The translations under genes were made by a program, and so were the position numbers. A stretch of 44,299 nucleotides of DNA. Source: a virus. A model generated the notes under the pieces. The model made no database searches, was not told the origin of the DNA, and saw only the letters and a program-made list of their open reading frames with translations. Where the stretch lies: positions 1-44,299 of the IMG/VR virus record IMGVR_UViG_3300015203_000006, one strand, 5' to 3'. Positions 24,295-33,061 of this stretch are shown piece after piece. How positions within the stretch are numbered: position 1 is the stretch's first letter; the number at the start of each line of letters is the position of its first letter.

Positions 24295-25029
24295 TTACGA
24301 CTTGCGTTGGGCGCGGTACATCTCGCGGCCTGAGGCCACAGAGGGTCGCGCGCTACTGTCGCGGCGACCCTGCCCAGATGAGGACGGCCCACGCGAGGAC
24401 TGCTGATGCCCATCACCCGTAGCGGGTGCCACACCGTCCACGAACGCGGCCACCTTGGCGGTGTCAACCACGCCCGAATCGGTAACGAACTTGCTCAGGT
24501 CGAGCGGCTCCAGGATCGTTGCCATACGGTCCGCTTCAATCCGGTCGCCCGCCGCTGCACGGAACTCCGCTGACACCAGAGAGGGGATCAGTTCGGCTCG
24601 AGCCTCAGCCTTGGCGGTGTCGCGCGCTTCAGCAACAGCCTTGTCCTTGTCGGACATTAGCTCCCGCTCCAAGGCATCATGCCTGGTGGCCTTGTCCCTC
24701 AGCTCCTTGACTTGCTCCGGAGTCAGGCCGATGGCCTTCACCCGGTCCTCATGCTTACGCGAGGTCGTCTTGTAGTAGGCGACCTGTTGCTCGAGGGTCA
24801 TCTCCGCAACGGGAGTATTTTCCGGGTAGCCCTTGTCGGTGCTACCCGCTGACCCTTTGTCGCCGGAGTCTGCACCAGATCCCTTGTCGCCGGAATCTGA
24901 AGAACCGCCGGCACCGCCACCGCCTGAACCGTCGCCTCCGTCCGCCCCGTCAGGAGCGTTGAACAGGATGCCTGGAGAAAAGAAGGGGCTGAACTTGCGC
25001 ATGGTGCGTGGCATGTCAATATCTCCCAT
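24295..25029 (-). CDS. Scaffolding protein, 244 aa (ATG at 25014 has the better SD)
   Basis: Gly/Ser/Asp-rich N-terminal region, then a charged coiled coil (KELRDKATRHDALERELMSDKDKAVAEARDTAKAEARAEL). Lies between the MuF-like gene and the capsid genes. Confidence 0.7.
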   Translation of the reverse strand: MGDIDMPRTMRKFSPFFSPGILFNAPDGADGGDGSGGGGAGGSSDSGDKGSGADSGDKGSAGSTDKGYPENTPVAEMTLEQQVAYYKTTSRKHEDRVKAIGLTPEQVKELRDKATRHDALERELMSDKDKAVAEARDTAKAEARAELIPSLVSAEFRAAAGDRIEADRMATILEPLDLSKFVTDSGVVDTAKVAAFVDGVAPATGDGHQQSSRGPSSSGQGRRDSSARPSVASGREMYRAQRKS

Positions 25030-25089
25030 GTCGGGGGTGGTTGGTTGTCAGCCCATGACGGGCTTGCCCGCGATGATGCGGGACGTTTC

Positions 25090-25893
25090 TCAGGCGGCCT
25101 TGGGGATCCGCTTCTTCGGGACCAGGATCGGGCCGAGCTCGCCATGCTGGTCGACCTTGTAACGGGTCCGTTTGAGGTCTGCCATCGACGTGGACCCGGC
25201 GTCGGTGTACAGCGACCCGAGGTCAAGGTTGTTCAGGGAGTCACCCACGTCGAACCCGCCAATAATCGGTAGCACTCCGCAGTGGCACCTGCCATGAAGT
25301 GGCAAGAGCCGGTCAGTCCGGTAGATCCGGGTCGAGGCTGCGATACACAGCCCGCAGGCGCCGCCCTTGGACATCTCGGGGTGAACGATCCGCCGATACC
25401 CAGTGACCTTGTGCGCGGTGAAGAACTTCTCCGCCTCCGAACGAGCTGCCAGCGCAACATCCATCTGATTCATGACATCCGCACGATCCAAAACGTGCTT
25501 CAACGCCTCGACCTCAGGGGTACCCGTAGATCGTTCGTAGCGGAACTGCACCGCGAGTCGCTCGTAGACCTTCTCCGGAGCGACACCCGCACGAAGATCC
25601 CGGACCACGACCGGCCCGACAGGTTTCATTGTGCGGCCTGAGATCATCGACGACACCCGCGAAAGGTACGCATCCTCCTGTGATGCGGTGACACGCTGGG
25701 TGGCCTGCACCGTCTCGCTGATCCGTCTCGACAGACGCTGCACAGCCAGGTCGTCATACCACGCAGTGAAGTTGTGGATGAGCGCCTGAACCCGGGCCAC
25801 GAGCTGGTCAGTCATGGTCTGCCGTGCCTGCGCCTGCGCCTCCACGACCTGCTGCACCGCGACCACTTGACCGGTCGTCTGAGCGGTGCTCAC
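25090..25893 (-). CDS. MuF-like minor capsid/head morphogenesis protein, 267 aa
   Basis: Directly downstream of the portal gene (GTGA overlap). C-terminal motif HPEMSKGGACGLCIAAS...LPLHGRCHCGVLPI is typical of the SPP1 gp7/Mu F family. Confidence 0.7.
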   Translation of the reverse strand: MSTAQTTGQVVAVQQVVEAQAQARQTMTDQLVARVQALIHNFTAWYDDLAVQRLSRRISETVQATQRVTASQEDAYLSRVSSMISGRTMKPVGPVVVRDLRAGVAPEKVYERLAVQFRYERSTGTPEVEALKHVLDRADVMNQMDVALAARSEAEKFFTAHKVTGYRRIVHPEMSKGGACGLCIAASTRIYRTDRLLPLHGRCHCGVLPIIGGFDVGDSLNNLDLGSLYTDAGSTSMADLKRTRYKVDQHGELGPILVPKKRIPKAA

Positions 25894-27413
25894 GCAGCCG
25901 CGCCACGCGGGTTCGGCGGTGCCGGGACCGCAGCAATCCCAGCCGGCGCCGCGGCCTTGATAGCCGCAAGCTGCTGAGCCAACACCAAATCATCCATCCG
26001 CTGCGCCTTCGCCTCAGCGATCTGCTGCGGGGTCTGCTGCCAGACCTCCCGCTGCACCTGCTCCCACGTCAAAGTCGAACCCGCCTGAGCCGCAGCCGAC
26101 CCCTTCTCAGCCAACGAATACCGCTCAGCCGGGATCCAGTCGATAGCCAGCTGCGACACATCAGACCGTGCGTCATCGCCCATGAACTTGAACGCCAACG
26201 ACATGATCCGCGCCAAAGACCGGCCGCCGCTACGCTCCCAATCCTCAACCTTGAACGTGAGACCCTCACGCTGCATCGACGCACCCTCAGCGGTCTGCGT
26301 CGCCGCATCCGGAGTGAACATCGCCATCGACGTCCGGGTAACAGCCGCGAGGTGCAACACGTCATCCTTCACTGAACTCAAAATCCCCTGAAGGTCGACC
26401 TGCCCCGACTCCCAGATCTTCGCGCCCTTAGGCAGCTTCCACAGCGCACCAGGATCCGCAGCGAATATGTCGTTGTAGTCGATGATGTTCCCGTCATCGT
26501 CCCGCTCCGGAAGGTCCTCCTCGAGCTCGATGGCCCGCTGACGGAAAGCCTGCAAGGTAGCGATGACGATCCGCTGCAAAATCATGTGGTTAATCCGGTC
26601 CAACAGATCCGTGTGAAGCTCAAACTCCCCGATGCCCTCCCTGTTCAGGAAAGGCTCAACCGGGATGTCCCGCACCTCATACGTCTCAGAAAAAAAGGCA
26701 TCGTCCGCGTCCGGGACCTCAGCATCGACCGGGCCAATCTCACCAACCATGGGTCGCATCTCAAAGGTTGCCGGCGAAAACGACACCGGTGTCGGCTCAA
26801 CCGGCGACAAAGGCCCGCGGTTCCGCCGCAAGTTCGTGACCGGCACCTTACGCTCCCGGGTCGCGACCCACTTCTCACCAGGCAACCACAGAATCGCGAT
26901 ATCCAAACCATCGACGTCATCGTGGTACAGCTTGAACGCCGCAACTGTCCTACGTGGCCGCATCGGATCCGCAGCCGTGATGACCTGGCGAGGATCCTCA
27001 GCAGTGATAACCGAGATCCCACTCTCATCAGGCATCCCCACAGCCATGTAAGAGCGACCGAACTTGAAAGACAGCCGCGCCACCTCCGCAAGCACAATGT
27101 CAAGGTCGTTTCCGTTAGCGACCCGCCACGCCTCCTGGTCACCACTCTCATCATGATCCACAGCGGTACTGATGGCCCGCAGCCCTATCCGCTCACAAGG
27201 TGCCTGCACGATCAGTGCGGCGAAGTTAGTCCTGGACGTCTGCTGAAACTTGTAGAAACGAGCCTTCGCGTCCTCGCTGCCCCAAGGCAGCGGCGGCCGG
27301 CCGGTGTAGTAGTCCTCAAGGATCTTGAACCGCCTCTGCTCAGCCTGCAACTGACCCCACAGCCGGTTCATCCACCACCCTGGACTCCCAGGGGCCTCGA
27401 TGTCGATCGCCAT
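25890..27413 (-). CDS. Portal protein, 507 aa
   Basis: ORF track gives 25890..27455. The ATG at 27413 (MAIDIEAPGSPGWWMNRLW...) follows a gagagggg SD, 13 nt after the TerL stop. Size and position fit a portal. Confidence 0.85.
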   Translation of the reverse strand: MAIDIEAPGSPGWWMNRLWGQLQAEQRRFKILEDYYTGRPPLPWGSEDAKARFYKFQQTSRTNFAALIVQAPCERIGLRAISTAVDHDESGDQEAWRVANGNDLDIVLAEVARLSFKFGRSYMAVGMPDESGISVITAEDPRQVITAADPMRPRRTVAAFKLYHDDVDGLDIAILWLPGEKWVATRERKVPVTNLRRNRGPLSPVEPTPVSFSPATFEMRPMVGEIGPVDAEVPDADDAFFSETYEVRDIPVEPFLNREGIGEFELHTDLLDRINHMILQRIVIATLQAFRQRAIELEEDLPERDDDGNIIDYNDIFAADPGALWKLPKGAKIWESGQVDLQGILSSVKDDVLHLAAVTRTSMAMFTPDAATQTAEGASMQREGLTFKVEDWERSGGRSLARIMSLAFKFMGDDARSDVSQLAIDWIPAERYSLAEKGSAAAQAGSTLTWEQVQREVWQQTPQQIAEAKAQRMDDLVLAQQLAAIKAAAPAGIAAVPAPPNPRGAAA

Positions 27414-27426
27414 GAAACCCCTCTCG

Positions 27427-29127
27427 TCAACGTATTCGGGATGGGACAACAGCACGTCTTTGACCGGTGATCCCAGCCCCTACCGCGTCCATGCGGGCCG
27501 TGAACGCCAAGACCGCCGCCACCGCAGCATCAATTTTCAGGGGCGAGTCAGGGGACCGTTTCGCGATCTGGATCCCCGCCCGAGAGTCACGCCGTTGCGC
27601 GTTACGCAGATGACGGGTCAGCGTCGACGACCCGTCGAAAGTGATCTCCTTGTCCAGCACAGCCGAGTGGAACCGCCTGAGCGCTTTCACTGTCAAGGTT
27701 GCGCGGCCACCGGTCATCCACCACTGGATCGGATGGTCACGAGTCGCTCTGACCTTCAGCCGGCCGCCATACGTGGCTTCCCATGTGCCGATCGTCTGCT
27801 CCCACTTCGCAGGGTCCGCATAGAACCCGACGACGGTGAAACGCCGGAACGTTGCCTTGACTTCGGCCTCAACCTCAACCAGCGGGACGAACCAGTCCGG
27901 TTCATCCTCCGGTTGCTCCCAGACACGGATATCGAACAAGTGCCCGTCCTCAACACGGCACCCAACCAGCGCCGTCGCATCGGTCACCCCACGGGAACGA
28001 TGCCGCGAACCATCAAAACCAACAGTGATCACTGCACGATCAGCGACAATCTTGGTCGAGTCCGAGAACCCAGCCAGTTCATGCTCAGCGAACCAAGCCG
28101 TCGCCGTCTCAGTGACCGCGTTCAGGAAGTACCGGCGAGAATCAGCAACCTGCGCGTTCAGATCATAAAACTCATCAACAATCGCATCGACGTCGTTCCA
28201 CTCGATCGCCTCACCGAACGCCTCAAGGATCGCAGCCCGCAAATCAGCCTCAGCCGAAACGTTCTCGCACTCACCCCACCGATGATCGAACAGCAACCGT
28301 TCACGCAGATTCTTACGGGTCTTCCGGTGCTGGTTCTCCGCGATGAACCCGGCCTTTTTGTATGTCCCCTCCGCGATGGATTCCTGCCCCGGAGAGAACA
28401 TCGTGGTCGTCTCCAGGAACCACGTCTGCGCGATCTTCTTCCGCTTACGCAGGTTCCTGGTAACGGTGCGGTACATGCTCCGCAGTTCAGGCATGTTGTA
28501 CAGGTGGCTTTCGTCGAAGACGACGAAGGTCTCTTTGCCGCCGTCCTTCGACGCACCCGACGCCGTCGACGGCGTGATCTCCCCACCACCCGGAAGGAAC
28601 ACCCGGGTCAGGCCCGCATCAACCCCGGGGATCCGCGACAAGGGCGAAGAGTCGTCGGTCAGGTTGAAGTAGATCGTGTCGTACACATGGCCTGTTTGGC
28701 CTTCTTCTGTGGCCATGATCCGAATGAATGGGACCCGTACCCGGCGCCCCTTCGCCTCGCCCGGCTCATACTCGTAAACCCAACCGCAGGGACACCCATG
28801 ATCAGCGCAGGAATAGACCTCACCCAGCTCAGCCCACCCATCAAATCGTGCCGGACCCAACGCCTCCAACAACCCGACCCGCGCAGCCAAACCCGACTTG
28901 TCGCAACCCTTCGGCCGCGAATAGAACGCCGAGTCATACAACCGCCGCCCATCAGCGTGGAGTGCATAACAGTCGACGATGAAACCCGCGGTCTCGTCAC
29001 CATGCCGCACAGGCATCCCCTGGACGTCACCAGGGCCATGCACGCAGTGCTGCTCAATCCAGAACAACGCCACATGCAAAGCACGCGTCCTCGTGTGCTC
29101 CGATGCCCGCACCAGAGTGCGCGGCAC
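27427..29127 (-). CDS. terL: Terminase large subunit, 566 aa (start could be as far upstream as 29199)
   Basis: N-terminus HVALFWIEQHCVHGPGDVQGMPV. Walker B-like FVVFDESHLY. Nuclease-domain motif VGFDGSRHRSRGVTDATALVGC. The GTG at 29127 lies 4 nt after the TerS stop; ATGs at 29187 and 29199 are alternatives. Confidence 0.9.
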   Translation of the reverse strand: MPRTLVRASEHTRTRALHVALFWIEQHCVHGPGDVQGMPVRHGDETAGFIVDCYALHADGRRLYDSAFYSRPKGCDKSGLAARVGLLEALGPARFDGWAELGEVYSCADHGCPCGWVYEYEPGEAKGRRVRVPFIRIMATEEGQTGHVYDTIYFNLTDDSSPLSRIPGVDAGLTRVFLPGGGEITPSTASGASKDGGKETFVVFDESHLYNMPELRSMYRTVTRNLRKRKKIAQTWFLETTTMFSPGQESIAEGTYKKAGFIAENQHRKTRKNLRERLLFDHRWGECENVSAEADLRAAILEAFGEAIEWNDVDAIVDEFYDLNAQVADSRRYFLNAVTETATAWFAEHELAGFSDSTKIVADRAVITVGFDGSRHRSRGVTDATALVGCRVEDGHLFDIRVWEQPEDEPDWFVPLVEVEAEVKATFRRFTVVGFYADPAKWEQTIGTWEATYGGRLKVRATRDHPIQWWMTGGRATLTVKALRRFHSAVLDKEITFDGSSTLTRHLRNAQRRDSRAGIQIAKRSPDSPLKIDAAVAAVLAFTARMDAVGAGITGQRRAVVPSRIR

Positions 29128-29131
29128 GAGA

Positions 29132-29572
29132 TCACCCCTCAGCCAGGCGGGCACGACGAGAAGAAAGGTCAGTGACCCTGCCATCGGTACCCGTAGCACG
29201 AACGGGCGAAGGCTGGTCGATCTGGATCTTCAACCGCATCCTGTCCTCAGGAGTCGCTCCGAACTTGGCCGCACGCAGCCGGAGCTCCGCCGCGAACTCC
29301 CACCGCGACTTACTCCACATCGTGTGATGCATCAAAGCAGTGTCGAGTAGGAAGTCCCAGTCGGTCTCGGTAAACGCCTTGGCCTGAGCGGCACGCCGCC
29401 AGGTCTGCCACCAAGCCTGCGTGCGAGGATGCCACGGCACATCCAGCACATCCTCAGGCAGCGGGAACCCCCGCAGTTCGCCATCCCCCTGAATCAGAAC
29501 CGTCGGAGCCTCAGGCTTATTGCGCCGCCGCCGAGTCGCGGCGGGCTTCGCAGCTGGACCTCGCCCACCCAT
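29132..29572 (-). CDS. terS: Terminase small subunit (P27-like), 146 aa (start uncertain, up to 29668)
   Basis: Immediately upstream of TerL. Basic N-terminus AATRRRRNK. Motif WDFLLDTALMHHTMW...ELRLRAAKFGATPEDRMRLKI. Codons upstream of 29572 have poor third-position GC. Confidence 0.7.
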   Translation of the reverse strand: MGGRGPAAKPAATRRRRNKPEAPTVLIQGDGELRGFPLPEDVLDVPWHPRTQAWWQTWRRAAQAKAFTETDWDFLLDTALMHHTMWSKSRWEFAAELRLRAAKFGATPEDRMRLKIQIDQPSPVRATGTDGRVTDLSSRRARLAEG

Positions 29573-29751
29573 CAGACAACTCGAGCATCGTGAGCGATCT
29601 TCATTACAGTTGCCTCCCATGTCGGGATCGGGGATGCCCATGACGGGCGTTGAACTACCACTTGCCAATCCCGTACAGACTGCGAACCACAGAACGTAAC
29701 GGCAGGACGGGTGGACCGGGGGGAAGGTCTCCCCCTACCCTTCGCCGCCGT
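29573..29751. other. Candidate cos/packaging-initiation region
   Basis: About 180 bp of locally AT-richer, apparently non-coding sequence between the terminase-associated HNH gene and TerS. Contains a small hairpin ggggga-aggtc-tcccc near 29720. No end sequence can be defined from sequence alone. Confidence 0.3.
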
Positions 29752-30051
29752 TCAGCTTTCGGCCAGGCCAGGGTGTGGCACCGCAGCGCGGCGTTCGCTG
29801 CGTTTGTGGGGCCGCTGGGCGATGTTTTTGCGCTGGTTGCAGTGGTGGCAGGCGGCTTGCAGGTTGGCGTCGCCTGCGATCCATGCTGTGTTGGTTGTGG
29901 GGATGATGTCGTCGATCTCTGTGGCGGTCCGGGTGCAGCCGTCGTCCCATTGGATCTGGCAGGTGTGGTGGTCTCGGCGGAGGATGCGGGTGCGGGTGGT
30001 TGTCCATCCGGGGGGGTTTCGTTTGTTGCGGGTGCTGTTGGCCCAGGCCAT
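29752..30051 (-). CDS. Terminase-associated HNH endonuclease, 99 aa
   Basis: HNH_5-type core: HHTCQIQWDDGCTRTATEIDDIIP...GDANLQAACHHCNQRK. Lies just upstream of TerS. Confidence 0.9.
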   Translation of the reverse strand: MAWANSTRNKRNPPGWTTTRTRILRRDHHTCQIQWDDGCTRTATEIDDIIPTTNTAWIAGDANLQAACHHCNQRKNIAQRPHKRSERRAAVPHPGLAES

Positions 30052-30096
30052 CGGGTCACCTCAGGGTTCAGCGGGCAGGATGGGCCGGGTCGGCGG

Positions 30097-30336
30097 ATGA
30101 TGTTGGGCATGAGTATGAATGGTGCGCCGAGAGCGGGATGGTATCCGGTGCTGCGGTACTGGGATGGTGAGCAGTGGACGAATGATCAGCAGGATCTGCC
30201 GCCGCAGCCGCAGTTCCAGCCGCAGTTTCAGCAGCCGATGGCTGCGCGTCCGATGACTGCGATTACTCGTCCGACGTTCTGGTCTGGTGGGGTCAAGGGG
30301 ATGATGTTCAACCGGAGTAAGACGACGATCAAGTAG
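30097..30336 (+). CDS. DUF2510-like small protein on the opposite strand (moron candidate); start 30097..30115
   Basis: C-terminal part of track ORF 29650..30336. Motif AGWYPVLRYWDGEQWTN matches the GWYPD...RYWDG..WT signature. A Gln/Pro-rich tract follows. By my count about a quarter of codons end in T and few end in C, unlike neighbouring genes. Confidence 0.6.
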   Translation: MMLGMSMNGAPRAGWYPVLRYWDGEQWTNDQQDLPPQPQFQPQFQQPMAARPMTAITRPTFWSGGVKGMMFNRSKTTIK

Positions 30337-30350
30337 GGACGTCGACTTGA

Positions 30351-30539
30351 TCAGTTGTGGTGTTCGCCTGGTGCGTGGCCAGGTCGTGCACCGGTAGCCC
30401 GCTGATGCAGGTTCGAGCAGAGGCCTTTGATCATGGCCGGGCCGACGTATTTGCCGAGTTCGGCTTCGCACCTGGCGAAGTCGCCGGCTACGCCCCAGTT
30501 GATCTTGGCCGCGCCGGGTCCTTCGGCCCAGTAGCGCAT
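30351..30539 (-). CDS. Conserved small phage protein, 62 aa (GxGAAKIxWGxxGDFxRC motif)
   Basis: The track ORF 30351..30779 is trimmed to the ATG at 30539. MRYWAEGPGAAKINWGVAGDFARCEAELGKYVGPAMIKGLCSNLHQRATGARPG is a motif I recognise from actinophage and prophage head-region proteins. Function unknown. Confidence 0.5.
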   Translation of the reverse strand: MRYWAEGPGAAKINWGVAGDFARCEAELGKYVGPAMIKGLCSNLHQRATGARPGHAPGEHHN

Positions 30540-30606
30540 TAAGCGGATAATCGCTCGGTATCTGCAGGGTGCCGTTGGGCACCTCCTGTATCCACCATGA
30601 GCCTCA

Positions 30607-31134
30607 TCACCTCCTGACGCGCGGCGCCCGCTTTGCTTCCGCTCTGCGATCGTTCGCACGCTTACATTCGAGGCAGGTCCGTGACCCGCTTGTGCCGACG
30701 TACCAGGATTCTGGTCCGGTGATGTCGTGAAGTCCGTTCTTGCAGAGCGTCCGCAATGGGGTGAACCCGAGTAGCCCACGCTCGATATTCAGTCCTTGGG
30801 GGACAGCTTCGAGGTGGTTGGGGTTCACACATGCCGTCACGCGACAGAGGTGGTCGAGCACTAGACCATCGGGGATGGCGCCCTTGAACGCCTCATAGAC
30901 GAGCCTGTGTGCCATCTGGTTGGGGTGGCCGTATCGGCCGTAGCCGTAGGTGTTGAATGAGCCGCGCCAGATCCAGCACTCGTCCGGTGAGCCGATGTCG
31001 TAGAAGTCTGTTACCGCGCCTGAGATTCGCGTCTGGTTGAGGTGGCCGTGTCGCTTGAATCGCATGTAGTGCTTGTTGCACAGACCATGCGCCTTGATGG
31101 TGCCGTCACATTCGCTCTCTGAGCACGTTGCCAC
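30607..31134 (-). CDS. HNH homing-type endonuclease (paralog 2, most divergent), 175 aa
   Basis: CSESEC...GLCNKHY knuckle and YGYGRYG. Core is VLDHLCRVTACVNPNHLEAVPQGLNIERG. C-terminal ribbon is CKNGLH...CLECKR. GTG start. Confidence 0.85.
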   Translation of the reverse strand: MATCSESECDGTIKAHGLCNKHYMRFKRHGHLNQTRISGAVTDFYDIGSPDECWIWRGSFNTYGYGRYGHPNQMAHRLVYEAFKGAIPDGLVLDHLCRVTACVNPNHLEAVPQGLNIERGLLGFTPLRTLCKNGLHDITGPESWYVGTSGSRTCLECKRANDRRAEAKRAPRVRR

Positions 31135-31207
31135 AGCCCAATACTAGCAGCCTCTCGGTGTCTGCGGGGTGGCGCTGCGCGCCCCCAGTGTCGACCATGT
31201 CGCCTCC

Positions 31208-31348
31208 TCAGTAGTACCGCCGGCCACCTGGCCTGACGAGCAGGAGTACGCAGCCCGCGATGGCCAGGATCACGCCAATGGTGAAGAGCACGGACAGGCC
31301 GGGCACGAGGAGCCCGAGGACGATCAGGATGACTCCGAGAATTACCAT
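31208..31348 (-). CDS. Small two-TM membrane peptide, 46 aa
   Basis: Not in the ORF track. The ATG at 31348 shares one nt with the upstream HNH TGA. Peptide: MVILGVILIVLGLLVPGLSVLFTIGVILAIAGCVLLLVRPGGRRYY. Confidence 0.55.
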   Translation of the reverse strand: MVILGVILIVLGLLVPGLSVLFTIGVILAIAGCVLLLVRPGGRRYY

Positions 31349-31905
31349 CAGCGAAAGACCCTCTCCTTCTGTCCTTGCTTACGTCTGTAGCGTTGATTAG
31401 CGGCATATCGGCATGTCCGACATGACCGACAACCCTGGGGGCCGACGAAGGTGTTTGCCTCGGTGAACTCATGTCCTTGCGGACAGTGAGTCTTGAACGT
31501 CGGAGCACGGCCCCGATGTTTGGCTGCCATGTCCGCCAAATTGTCAGACTGAGTGCCCAGGAACATGTGCTCGGGGTTGCAGCACGGAGGGTTGTCGCAC
31601 TTGTGGCAGATGACCATGCCTTCAGGAATCGGCCCATTCACGAGTTCCCAGGCAAGACGGTGGGTACTGACCCTCTTGCCGTCGAAGTAGATCACTCCGT
31701 ACCCGTTACGAGAGGTTCCTCCGGGCCAGTCAAGACATCCGTTGGGTTGCTCTATGAGTCGGCTCCAGAGTCGCCACTCAATCGAAGGTCTTGGCAGCAA
31801 CTCCAGGGCGCCCGATGCACGCATCTGGTTGTAGTGCACGATGCACATCCCTCGTGCGATCCTGCCCACACGCTCGCATCCATCAACACTGCAAGTACCG
31901 TTCAT
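31348..31905 (-). CDS. HNH homing-type endonuclease (paralog 3), 185 aa
   Basis: CSVDGC...GMCIVHY and NGYGVIY. Core is VICHKCDNPPCCNPEHMFLGTQSDNLADM. C-terminal ribbon is HCPQGHEF..N..CRSCRTC. Confidence 0.9.
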   Translation of the reverse strand: MNGTCSVDGCERVGRIARGMCIVHYNQMRASGALELLPRPSIEWRLWSRLIEQPNGCLDWPGGTSRNGYGVIYFDGKRVSTHRLAWELVNGPIPEGMVICHKCDNPPCCNPEHMFLGTQSDNLADMAAKHRGRAPTFKTHCPQGHEFTEANTFVGPQGCRSCRTCRYAANQRYRRKQGQKERVFR

Positions 31906-32010
31906 GTCATCCTGCTCTCTGCTGAAGTCAGATGAGTGGGTCAGGGGCCGTTCAGAGTTCCACCTCTGGGCGGTCCCGCTGTGCTCAATTCTATCGCTTT
32001 CCCAGGGTGA

Positions 32011-32226
32011 TCATGGTGTGCTCCGGTCTGTGATCCGGTCGCTCAGGTATGCGACGCGCTCGAGCGAGATCCTGATGAGGACGTCGAGCTCTTCGCCGCG
32101 GTCGGCATCGTTACAGCGTTCGCACGCGCAGATGGTGGCTCGGGCTTGGGTGAGCATGGCGAGCCGGTCGAGGTGGGCCCTGCGGGTGGACCAGAGCGCG
32201 TGCCGGCGGTCGAGGACTGTGGGCAT
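32011..32226 (-). CDS. Hypothetical protein, 71 aa
   Basis: ORF-track ORF with a good SD (gggaggtcgg ATG) and high third-position GC. Contains a CACERC motif. Confidence 0.65.
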   Translation of the reverse strand: MPTVLDRRHALWSTRRAHLDRLAMLTQARATICACERCNDADRGEELDVLIRISLERVAYLSDRITDRSTP

Positions 32227-32249
32227 CCGACCTCCCGCGGGGGTGAGTG

Positions 32250-32282
32250 AAGCCCTGGAGAGCGGTGCTCGATCCAGGGCTT
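32250..32282 (-). terminator. Intergenic hairpin
   Basis: 10-bp perfect stem: aagccctgga (32250..32259) pairs with tccagggctt (32273..32282), with a 13-nt loop. It sits in the 92-nt gap after the HTH gene. Its function, whether terminator or RNA structure, is not established. Confidence 0.35.
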
Positions 32283-32318
32283 GTCATGGTTCTTCCCGAC
32301 ACTCGGGAGTGTACGCGC

Positions 32319-32513
32319 TCAATGCTCACGACGTGTACGAGATGGGCGTTTCAGCGTGTCACGGACATGCTCTACCTGGTACAGGTCGACCCTGTAGGGC
32401 TTGTGCGCACCGTACCGCTCGAGTCTGTATTCGCTGATCCAGCGGCGGATCGTGGACTGCGGCACCCCGCTGAAGTAGGAAGCATCCGGGATGAGAACAA
32501 GCGGGCCGATCAT
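32319..32513 (-). CDS. Excisionase/MerR-like HTH DNA-binding protein, 64 aa
   Basis: The track ORF 32319..32732 is trimmed to the ATG at 32513, which overlaps the upstream stop (ATGA). MIGPLVLIPDASYFSGVPQSTIRRWISEYRLERYG matches the Xis-type HTH_17 pattern. Confidence 0.6.
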   Translation of the reverse strand: MIGPLVLIPDASYFSGVPQSTIRRWISEYRLERYGAHKPYRVDLYQVEHVRDTLKRPSRTRREH

Positions 32514-33061
32514 GTCCTGGCCTTCGCACGGATCCGGCGGCCGAGGAACGTCCACTCCCACGGCGTCCACTTGTGGTCCCGGTTGGCGCTGCAACGTACC
32601 TCTGAGGGCAGTAGGGCGTCGCTGGGGCGCATGAACGCGACAAGCTGGCCGTTGCAGTCGGGGCAGCCTCCGATGACGGTACGGCGTGCTTTGGTCTGCC
32701 GGACGAGCTCGACGATCTGGCCGGCGAACCATCCGATCTCTTCGACGGCATCGCGGCCGGCGGGGTGGTGAGCGAGGAAGTTCGCGTGCGTGCTGAGGAA
32801 CCCGCAGACCAGGACGGTGTCCATCAGGTTGAGCCGGGTCCTGAGGCGCTGCTCATCCCATACGAGATGGGCCCACGCAGCGACCTGTTGCGCGCAGTCG
32901 AACTGCAGCGACAGGACGCCGATGGCCAGCGGTGTGGGGCTGGCGAGGGTGGTGTCGACTTTGTCGCCGCCGGGTGTGTGGGGTAGTTCGGTGAGGTCGG
33001 GCCAGTAGTGGGCGATGGTGTTGAGGTCTCGTCGGAGGATGGGTTCGAGGTCGGTCATCAC
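32510..33061 (-). CDS. Hypothetical protein, 183 aa
   Basis: ORF-track ORF. The start (GTG 33061 or ATG 33058) overlaps the upstream stop. C-terminal Cys cluster GGCPDCNG...RCSANRDH. Confidence 0.7.
   Translation of the reverse strand: MMTDLEPILRRDLNTIAHYWPDLTELPHTPGGDKVDTTLASPTPLAIGVLSLQFDCAQQVAAWAHLVWDEQRLRTRLNLMDTVLVCGFLSTHANFLAHHPAGRDAVEEIGWFAGQIVELVRQTKARRTVIGGCPDCNGQLVAFMRPSDALLPSEVRCSANRDHKWTPWEWTFLGRRIRAKART

Noticed and set aside
27400-29175. Long plus-strand ORFs lie antisense to structural genes: 27400..29175 (591 aa), 11565..12938 (457 aa), 5225..6337 (370 aa), and 19844..20800 / 19858..20790.
   Set aside because: Their products are Arg/Pro/Gly-rich with no motifs. They fully overlap well-supported minus-strand genes (TerL, tail, lysis and major tail genes). 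They are typical high-GC shadow ORFs.
30061-30582. A minus-strand 173-aa ORF covers the DUF2510-like region. There are also ORFs at 31011..31637 and 23817..24467.
   Set aside because: Their translations are Arg/Pro-rich and low-complexity. They overlap better-supported genes in other frames or on the other strand.
31985-31995. A TAGAAT -10-like hexamer (minus strand) upstream of HNH paralog 3 might be a promoter.
   Set aside because: There is no convincing -35 at 16-18 nt spacing. A single hexamer match is too weak to report as a feature.
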